From assembly GCA_964252035.1 (NCBI GenBank), contig OZ176210.1: 64,000 nt of DNA, one strand, 5' to 3'. The stretch comes from Podarcis erhardii. Its lineage: Eukaryota. Every line of letters starts with the position of its first letter. Position 1 is the stretch's first letter. Under the pieces are notes generated by a model. That model saw nothing but the letters and a program-made list of their open reading frames with translations. It made no database searches and had not been told where the DNA came from. Shown here piece by piece: positions 46,311 to 64,000 of this stretch. A program made the translations under genes and the position numbers.

Positions 46311-49300
46311 TTATTTCGAGAATGGTTTAGCCAGATCCTTTATGACTGCAGAGTTCAGTGCTGGAAGGGTGCTGATCTTGGCATGCTTGCTGGTGGCATA
46401 TTTGTTCTTGACAGTCTGCGGAGAGATTGAACAATAGTTAACATAATTTTTGCACCATTGTAGAGCCAACCATATCACTACATATTAACATAACCAAAGC
46501 ACACCTGTGCTTAATCATACTGACTTAGCTATAAACCTCGTTTAGTAGCAAGCTAGGATTTACATGTAACCAGACGCACAGTGGTATGGTTTTTGCTTAC
46601 CAGATGCTTTGCATTGCCTCTGTTTACCAACATCACATTCTTTGCCATATGCTGCATAACAGGAATAAGATCAGTCTCGGTATATTGCATGTAGTGTTGT
46701 AGAGCTGTTGTCTAAGAGCAAGAAGTTAAGCATTAGAAATCCTTCTGAGTAACACTTGAAGGTCATGGAAGAGCTCAGAATGCCCTATGAACCTCCTTTG
46801 CACTTGATCTAGTGGCATACATAATGGCGTGCTTAAGGCTACCTAGAGGCTTCGTAGCAGAGGCAAGTTTTGAGGCAGATCTTCCAGGGTCACAGCTTAT
46901 TCTCCAAGCCACTCTGCTCCAGCAATTCTAGCTCACACATGGGAATGAAAGTCATGGAAACAAATACCCAAAGTCATTTCTGGTATTTAGTGGCGGTGAA
47001 AAGCAAGGTCTTTTACCTTACAAATTTAAGGCTATGTCTGGGCTCAGTTACTTACCCATTCTCCCTCTTCAAGTATTTTAGTAGATAGGCAAAAGGCCGC
47101 AGCAGCAATTTGAGAGGGAGGGTAGTGTGCCATGTCATAATCCACCAGTGAGAGCTCCATCAGGTATTTTGCAAGTGTGTGTTGCTGTACATCGGCCTGG
47201 AATAGTTAGGGTAAGATAGTGTTTATTGCCAACGAACCCTGAAGATCAACAAGGAAGACTGTGCCTTGCATGACATTTCTGCCTATCTGAAGAACTGAAT
47301 CAAAAGGTTGTGCCTTCACAGCTACACACAGTTAAGACAAAGCAAGATGTTGAGCTTTTTACAGCTTTTTCAGGACAAAACAACCTAACTCCATCACCAA
47401 TTTTAAATTTGCCAGGCTCCATTTTGAACCACAAATGCTTATAAAAGTAGTGATAGCCCACTTCTGCTTTCCCCAAGTTTGTGTCTTTCAGTTGTTTTGG
47501 CCCCAGCTCCCATTAGACATGCTGGCTGCAGCCAATGGGACTCACCCACTTGGAAGGAACCAGGTTGGAGAAGGCTGGCCTACTGGTAGGATACTGAATA
47601 CACCTCCTCACGCCAAAAGGAGACATTTTAGGATTCAAAGTTTGATCTTCCTACACACATATTTGACTCAGGAGTGTCATACTGTGACCTAGTGAGATTG
47701 GCATCTCCTTAAACAGAATTACCTCTCCAATTTTTGATGCCCTCCGTAGGAAATGCAGTGGAAGAGGACGACCAAGATTGAAGTCCAGTGATCTCAGGAT
47801 CTTCATCTCCATTTGCCTAATCTGCACGTTGGTGTAGGTGTTATCTGTCACAAAGGCAAAGTCGCCAATTTCTGGAGGGTACATTTCTTCGTATTTGCTG
47901 GCAACGAACATGGCTGTTACACCAACCAGCTGCAGCATCCTCTTATGAACTTTGTTGTTCTGCAATAGAAACAACTGTTAGCCAAACTGGCTAATAACAA
48001 TATTGGGGAAGACCACTTACTCCCAAAGCGGACACACTCTTCACAGTAAGGAATATTTATGCACTTGTTCCACTGCAAGTTCAATGGTCAACTTCCTGGA
48101 CTGATAAGCCACCTCCAGTCTAGCTACCCTGGGAGAGCTGTGTAGTATGTGCATCTACCAAGTATGTAGCTTTCAATTTAAAAGGAAAGTGCATTGTTCC
48201 ATGTATGATCAAATTCATACATGGGCATGGGAAACATTGTGATGCAATGTATTGCCTCCATACAATGCAGCTAAGCCCCTCTGCCTTCTGTGTCCCTGCA
48301 GATTCTTAAGGAAAGACAGCTGCAAACAGGCCAAAAAAGAAAAGTGTTGCCATGCTGCTCTTACCTGCATAAAGCGATCAATAATGGCAACAGTCATGTA
48401 CATAGTCTCTTGCAGGAGTTTGAATTTCATCTGGACCTGCACAAGCCAGTCAATTAGGACTGCCCGCATGTTCCCAGTAATTTCCTGGCCTGCCAAGTAG
48501 TTTGGTCTCACTGACTGCTGAGCCTGTGAAGAAAACAACAGATGTCAAATCATGTTTACCCGCACAAACGAAAAGAAAGGAAGCCTTGTTGCAGCTGAAG
48601 CTGACGTGTCGCCACCATTCATTGCTTTTGAACTAGCAAGTTCCTTGCCCCCAGTTTTATAAACTGAGTTTGGATTCCATTGATATTTTGCAAGCACAGC
48701 AAGGGCACACAAAGAGCAAGACCCCTAGCTGCTGCTGTCATTTGGGGGGGGGCACCTGCTGTGCACAAACTTAAGTAGTGACATTTCCTAGTTAACTTAG
48801 ATTTGGAAGAAACCTCAGTTTCCAGAGGCATGCATCAGGCTTGCCTTAGCTACTTGAACCAACCTCAAGATCTCTCAGGTAGTTGTAGATATCCTTCACA
48901 TATTCGCTGCAAAGGTTTGGATCTGAAGCATCATCTGTATCAATGTCTTTCACTTCAAGCAGAACATCTGAAAAGGCCTGGCACAGTATTTCCTCTGCTG
49001 GTGCACAACCAGAAGTCTCCATTGGGCTGGGGGCTGGAGACTCCAACTGTTGAAGAGAAGTTTTCAGTTATTAATATCTGAGCTACAACACTACATGTCT
49101 CCTTGGATTGTGGAACTCATGGCAGCATACATGGGACTGCAACTGGGCTCCTAATTCTGGACTCAGACCTGTTTAGCTTCAGCAAGGTGGCTGCATCATG
49201 AGTCCTCTGACCACTCTCTATAGATTGGTAGGCAAAAGGTATATGTGGTCTCTGTATAATAGCCCAGTTACAAGTCAACTGCAAGTCTCTGCTGCATCCA

Positions 49301-52215
49301 TGTCAGGGTTAGGGGAATCTCTTGGCCTAGAGGCCAAATGTGGCCTTTAGAATCTCCCCAGATCACGTGTCTTAAAGGCCCTGATTTGCTCAAGTGTTTT
49401 TGTCTGGCTAGAATGTGTCCTAGAACTATTTTGCCTGTTGTCTGGGGAGGAGTGTGTGTGTAAGCCACGCTATGGTGCAAAGGTAAATTTCTCATTTGTT
49501 GCTCTGGCCATATGGCCCATGAATGCTGACCAGAAGGGAAATGCTAGACTCCTGATGAATATTCAGACTCCTGATCAATATTTTGTATAAGAGCATTGCA
49601 TGGGATGCAGAGCTACTTGTGTGTTACTGACCCAGGTGTAATCATGATGCTAATGGGCATAGAAGCATAAAGGGATCCAGTAGTCCATACCCAGGCTGCA
49701 GGAAGAACTAAGCTACAGTGGTGCCTCGCAAGACGAAATTAATTCGTTCCGCAAGTTTTTCGTCTTGCGAAGCACGGTTTCCCATAGGAATGCATTGAAA
49801 ATCAATTAATGCGTTCCTAGGGAGACCGCCTTCAGACCAGATCCGGGGACAGTCTGTCCCCGGACCTCTTCTGAAGGCTGGCGGGGGGAGAAGGACTTTT
49901 CTCTCCACCGCCAGCCTTCAGAACAGCCTTCAGAAGGCTGGCGGTGGGAAGAAAAGCCCTTCTCCCGCCGCCAGCCTTCAGAAGAGTTCCTGCAGGGCTG
50001 CCTAGGCTGCGGATAGCAGCCTGCTGCCCGGTGCGAGGGACGCTCTGAAGCAGAGCGCCCCTCACGCGGGGCAGACACCTGCAGCTTGGGGAGCCCTGCA
50101 GGACTTCCCCGCAAGGCTCTCCAAGCTGCGGATAGCAGCCTGCTGCCCCGCACGAGGGGCGCTCTTAAGCAGAGCGCCCCTCGCGCGGGGCAGACATTCA
50201 CAGCTTGGGGAGCCCTGCAGGGAACTCTTCTGAAGGCTGGAGAAGGGCTTTTCTTCCCACCGCCAGCCTTCAGAACAGCCTTCTGAATGTTGGCGGTGGG
50301 GAGGAAAACCTTCCTCCCACCGCAAGCCCCGGGAACAGAGGATAATCGCTGCACGCCTTCTCCTCTGTTCCCAGACCTGTCCTGAAGGCTTGCGGTGGGA
50401 GGAGGGCTTTCCTCCCCACCGCCAACATTCAGAAGGCTGTTCTGAAGGTTGGCGGTGGGGAGGAAAAACCCTCCTCCCACCGCAAGCCCAGGGAACAGAG
50501 GAGAATCGCTGCGCGCCTTCTCCTCTGTTCCCGGACCTCCCACCGCAAGCCTTCAGGACAGGTGCTGCGCTTCCCCGCTGTCCCCGGAGATTTCCCTATG
50601 GGCTTTCGTCTTGCGAAGCCGCTAAAAAATCGGAAAACCCGTTCGTCTTGCGGGTTTTTCGTTTAGCGAGGCATTCGTCTTGCGGGGCACCACTGTATAG
50701 CCCAAAAGGGGTGGGAAAGAACAGTAGTAGTAGTGTGAGAGATCAGAAGCAAGTGCTAAGGATTCAAATATCCACCTTAAGTCAGATACTGGATTGAGTA
50801 TTGGACTTGCAACCAAAGGGATTGCAGTTAAAGATTCAAAAGCCCATTGTAATGGACATGGTTTGTCTCAAGTTTCTGCATCGGGGGGGGGGGGACACCC
50901 ACCCACAATACTGTATTCACAGAGTTGATTTCTTAAGAGAAAATCAGTATTAATCTGGCAGCAGGAAATACCCAGTGGTGTTTGGAGACCACTGAACACT
51001 TTGCAAGCCCTGGAAGCAAGTTGTTTGCCATTAAGGTACATTGTTCAGACAACTTAAGTTTGACAATGTAGCCCACCCAGGGGCTAAAGCCCAAGCCTCA
51101 GTATGCAGACTGCCAATTATTGCTAAGGGTAGCTAATGAATGCTCAAAAATATCAATATTGATATTGATTCAATATCAAGAGACAACACATATAGCATAT
51201 ATGTACAACATATATAGCAAAAATGTTATTCATAATCCTTCACCCCCATGCCCCACCCAACCATGAGGCTAGGGCTATCATTTGCAAGTCATTTGATACC
51301 TTAACGGGTTCAAGGATGGGCTTTTCTTCCTTCACAGATTCATTTGGCTGTTCAGTAGGTCTTGTGACTTTTTGAGTTGTAACTTTGTCCAAAACGGCAG
51401 GTTTCAGTATTTCCTGGGCGAGGGAGCAGAAGTGGGTAGAGGGAGGAATCATTGCAGTAGCCCTGATAGTTCCCAATGTTAAGCTCTACTTGGAAGGGGG
51501 TAGGGAAGGAGACCCTTACCTTTTCCATTACAGCCTTGGCTTTTGCTTCGCATGCCTTGTTGCCAATGTCCCCCAAGGCAGTCCTAGGCCTCAAGCCGGG
51601 TCTGGCACCATCGCCTCCCCGCTTGGTTGCCATTACAGCCTTGATTTTGTTCTCTGCATTGATCTTTGTGTTCTGCAGGAAGGAGGAAGACCCGGTTTAA
51701 GTACCTCTCTGTTTCACAAACACCAGGAAGCATTTGCACAGCTTTATGATAAAGCAAGGATGGATAGGAATAAGAGTTCTGAACCTTACAAGCTTCCCGA
51801 CCTTAAAACCCTCCTCCTATCAATTTTGATGAGGCACAGTACTAATTAAGCAGAAGCCTTAGCCAATTCACAACTGGTAAAACTCAACAAGCCAGGGCAA
51901 CGCCCAACCCCCCCCCCCCAGGGTCTGGGAACCGATTTAGTAATTCTGGTAGGCAGAAAAAACTCGACACAGCAGTATAATTCCATTTTTCATATGGCAA
52001 TTAGCAGTTACTAGCACCACCGCCCCTTACTTCCTGTGAAACAGAAGCATATGCACGTTTCCTCGGGAGTAAGCCCCATTTATACGCTTGCATAGGACTG
52101 CAGCCTTAAGTTTGCCACCTCCTGCAAAAAAGAGGGCGCAGCAGGAAGGCTGAAAAACAAAAAAATTCTCCCCTTCCAAAAGCCCCTTTCCTACCCGGGT
52201 GACCCGCAAAGCCAT
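46311..52215 (-). CDS. CCNB1: G2/mitotic-specific cyclin B1, 9 exons, 407 aa
   Basis: Exons: 52195-52215 (MALRVTR), 51520-51672 (D-box RTALGDIGN), 51300-51413, 48864-49046 ([16 protein letters not shown]), 48365-48523 ([12 protein letters not shown]), 47723-47959, 47056-47196, 46601-46711, 46311-46415. GT-AG, total 1224 nt. Confidence 0.97.
49716..50695. mobile_element. 980-bp Tc1/mariner-type MITE with a nested-palindrome interior, CCNB1 intron 3
   Basis: TA|cagtggtgcctcgcaagacg..cgtcttgcggggcaccactg|TA. GC- and CpG-rich interior of hairpin modules. Confidence 0.9.
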
Positions 52216-52329
52216 GATCCAGACTCGGTCCGCGCAACACGAGATGTTAATCCGAACCAGTCGCCTCTGCTCCCAGCAAACTCCCAGCGGCCGATTCCTG
52301 CTGCGCACGAGTCCGACGGCCGCCCCACC

Positions 52330-52510
52330 TACCGCCGCAAGTTTAAAACTCGCACCAGGCTGCGCTCATTGGCTGCCTCTCTCGGCGTCCGCCGCTTCCC
52401 ATTGGCCGTGCGGCGTTACACCCTGAATGCGTTTCCACGGCTACAAGGGGGATGACTTCTCCGGGCGTTCGAAAAGGGGGGCGTGGCGAGAAGATGCGGA
52501 AGGTCACGTG
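52330..52510 (-). promoter_or_regulatory. CCNB1 G2/M promoter: CHR, two CCAAT boxes, E-box
   Basis: TTTAAA at 52342-52347. ATTGG at 52368-52372 and 52401-52405 (33 bp apart). CACGTG at 52505-52510. Confidence 0.8.
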
Positions 52511-53229
52511 GAAAGGATGGCTCGCTTTCAGTTTGGGAGCTCAGCTGGTGGACGAGGGGGAATAGATAGGCGGAGCCGTTTGCTTCTCATCTAGAAAAGT
52601 ACCTCCCGGCTATGAAGAAATCAATCCAAACTATTATAATTCTCCTTATAGGACTGTGTTTCTGAGTTGTGCGTCCTCTCCCGCTTGCTTACGTGCACCG
52701 GATTCTGAACTCCCATTGGTCCATATATATATATATATATTTACAAAAATAAGTTGGGTAAAGCCGACCGCTTTGCACAAGAGTGTTTTGGACTACAACG
52801 GCTTTCCAGACCCACTTGTAATTTCAGTAGCGTCACCATAGGAAGGAATGCAACAGCCGCAGGTTTTTCCTACCCTATGCTGCGAAATGCACGCTGATGG
52901 AATCTTTGTCTGTCGTACAAGCGTTGAAAAGGATAAGGAATAAATCCCTTAGGACTAGGCAAGTGTAGAGGAAAAACGAGGATAGGCTGAGGTCTCTGGC
53001 TCAGCTCTGCCATGAATTCAGTGGGTAGCCTTAAACAAGCATTATTAGCATCTTTGCCTTAGCCCCTACCCTAACACTGCAATATGGGGACAGTAACCTA
53101 CATTGCAGAATTATTGTAAGAATTACATCAATCTACTGCATTTGTAGTGCATCAAACACTTAAAAGTGGTATATAAATGCTGTTAACAATTTTCCTTCCT
53201 CCCCAAAACTGAACAGTCTCAAGTTATTA

Positions 53230-53455
53230 CAGTGGTACCTCGGGTTACAGATGCTTCAGGTTACAGACTCCACTAACCCAGAAATAGTACCTCGGGTTAA
53301 GAACTTTGCTTCAGGATGAGAACAGAAATTGTGCTCTGGCGGCGCAGCGGCAGCAGGAGTCCCCATTAGCTAAAGTGGTGCTTCAGGTTAAGAACAGTTT
53401 CAGGTTAAGAACAGACCTCCAGAATGAATTAAGTTCTTAACCCGAGGTACCACTG
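53230..53455. mobile_element. Tc1/mariner MITE upstream of CCNB1
   Basis: TA TSD and TIR cagtggtacctcgggtta; 226 bp. Confidence 0.9.
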
Positions 53456-55873
53456 TATAAAGTATTTGGGGCGACAGCTGTATTATAGAGTCCTGGTTAC
53501 ATTTATGTAACTTCCTCCAAGGAACTCAGTCAGCATGTCATAGCCACTGAGCATGCTCAGTCCCTGTCCCCTTTTAGGGTTTCTCCCCTACCGATTTTTA
53601 AAAATTGTTACTGCCTTCAGGATCAGAGGCCATGAATTGTTACTGCCTTCATGGTCAGTATGTTTCTGGATACTAACTGGTGGAAAGCACAGGAGGGGAG
53701 AGTACTCTTGTGCGCTGGTGATGATGATGGAAAATGGTTACCCTCACATGTACCAAATAAGTGTGATCCTATCACAAAGAGGTAAACTTTGTAGATATCC
53801 AAAATGACCAGGCCCTAGAATAGATTGCTCATGGAAGTGAGGGGAGGGTCAGCAACACTGAATGTAATTTTAAGTGGCGTTCCTGGTATCTGGTGTGATG
53901 TTGAAAGAACTGAGAACAGCAAGCACAGTACTATCGAATTCTACATGTACAGAAGTGGGCAATTACCCAAAAAGTCCAACGGTTCCACATTTCACTTCCA
54001 AAGAGGAAGCTTGCCCAAAAGACTGATAAAAGTCAATAGTGCCAAATCTCTCCTGAATACTTGGGGGTTTCAAAACCACAATAATATAAATTTAGTCAGA
54101 ATGTACAACATAGATCAAGGCCAAGAGGATGCCAGTGTGGTAAATAAGCAAACTCTAGGAAGCTACTAGAAGGCAGCTTCCTTCAGAAAATGGAAGTCTT
54201 GTCCAAATGGAAATAAAAAAGCACAAATTTTGGCAAAAGAAACACAGCAGACTATAAGGGGTGACAATCAATCTCATGAATTTAGAGTCTCCTGTGTATG
54301 TTTAGCAGTCTCGGAATGTAAAGAGAGATACTCTTATGGAATTGTTATAAAAATTCTAGTGTCTCAAATATAGAATAAATGTTCATAAATGCACATGGTA
54401 AACACACATTCAAGCCACATGTCTGAAATAGTACAGGAGAACAATCCTGAAGTCACCTTGACTCTTAATGACCCCAAAGATTTTGTCTGCAGAAGGAATT
54501 ATCTTGGAGAAGTTCTTTTCACTTACAAATCCTACATATTCTGTCTTGAGGGCATATTTTGTATATGAATAGGGTATGCCTGGGACCTGGATCGAAAAAC
54601 TAAAGCGTCTCAAAAGAATGGCCAGACTGCCTAGGTAGGGCAATTTCGAAAGTCTTTAAAGGGGCTTACAGACTTTGGTCCTCACCTCCTTGGGGGGGGG
54701 GGGGGGACTCTGTTGCAACAGAAAATAAAGGCTTTCCTTGCTTTCACTGGATCCTACCTCTCTGACTGATAACGGTTTTAAGGAACACTGAATCCCTGTA
54801 AAAGTCAACCCCATTTTTTCTGTAACTGTCAGTAATAGTTAATGAACAGGAGCAGAGAGTAGGAATAAGTTGACATTTCTTACACTGCTGGGAAACGAGA
54901 AGCATGGTCTACCAATGGTTGGTATTGGGACATGTGCTTTTGCTATGCCAGAGATTGTGGTTTGTTACTCCTGCTGGCTAGAGAGGAGACACAAAGCAGG
55001 AACAATCTCCATGTTTACAATGAATCATTAACTACAGACTAGGGCAGTTAAAGAAGAAACTCATACAGAACTAAATTGTCTCATCACTGGGACATCTTTC
55101 TATCCTATAAGTCAAGTTTTAAGGTGTAATCAATAATATGTCACTAGAAATATATAAAAATTATAAAATGTTTATTTTACATAGTGGTTCAAATTTCCAA
55201 TTAGTTATTCAACTTTCCCACTGAACAGAAACATAGGAGTGCAAGAACAAAGAATGTATTTTATACTCCTGACTAATTGTTAAAATAACTTTTCTTCTTT
55301 AAAAAATTAGCTCAGCTCAGTGACAATTTTTAATTGGTAGAATCTATTTTTCCTTATTTAACAAAGCTGTGCTTAGAAAATAGGATTATATACAGAACTG
55401 GAATATAAAATTGTACATATTGATTGGTATCTAATGAACTTTGAAAAACCCATTTTTAAAATGTGTAGATACACATACACATACAGCAACAAAATAACTC
55501 TGAAGATGCCATTTTTTGGAGTCTGGCTATTTCTGTTGCAACCTAAAATTATTTTCTTTAGGCTTGAGATGGTAGAGAAATGCTTGATATTCCTTTTGGG
55601 GGGAAATGTGCAATATAGTTGTGCTCATCCACAATCACGTAGCAAAATTTCTTTAATAGACACCAAATAACAGTATTTTTACATTGCCAGTATTTCCACA
55701 TATACAGCATATGTTCTACTTATCCCACCTCTTCTTAAATCTCTTGATCTTATTTTTAAAGGTATGTAACATTTTCTAAAAATCCAAATATATACGGCAT
55801 TTGTTTCTGTACATTTATGTGCAAATTCACCTGATGAAATACAGACAGTGAACCCTACAGATTCAGCTTCTGG

Positions 55874-64000
<8,127 letters not shown>

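Noticed and set aside
49806-50543. 245-aa repetitive ORF and CRISPR-like repeat appearance
   Set aside because: Lies within a TIR/TA-flanked MITE. The repeats are palindromic modules without unique spacers, in a eukaryotic intron.
38663-55837. CTGATGA hammerhead or C-box cores at 38663, 49552 and 55831
   Set aside because: No flanking helices with a GAAA partner and no terminal-stem D box were found.

Overview
This is eukaryotic (vertebrate) genomic DNA, almost certainly from a squamate reptile and probably a lacertid lizard. The evidence is Sauria SINEs, BovB, a young L2 family and lizard-type L1/CR1. It is not prokaryotic: no operons, CRISPR arrays or rRNA. Five spliced genes lie head-to-tail on the minus strand. 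From right to left: SLC30A5/ZnT5 (last 8 coding exons), CCNB1 (complete, 9 exons), CENPH (complete, 9 exons, one GC-AG intron), MRPS36/KGD4 (complete, 4 exons), CDK7 (complete, 12 exons), and the first coding exon of SERINC5. I traced all exon boundaries by hand from splice sites and reading-frame continuity. Introns and intergenic DNA are rich in transposons, many young with intact target-site duplications. The most notable observations: (1) a near-identical inverted pair of young L2 LINEs bracketing the SERINC5 promoter and the CDK7 terminal exon; (2) a solo LTR just upstream of MRPS36, in the same orientation, with TATA, ATG and an in-frame splice donor; (3) a multi-level palindromic MITE in CCNB1 intron 3; (4) nested TE insertions upstream of CENPH; (5) a CDK7-SERINC5 adjacency that differs from the human gene order. 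I found no convincing novel protein-coding system. Gene identities and human comparisons come from recalled orthologue sequences, not a database search.
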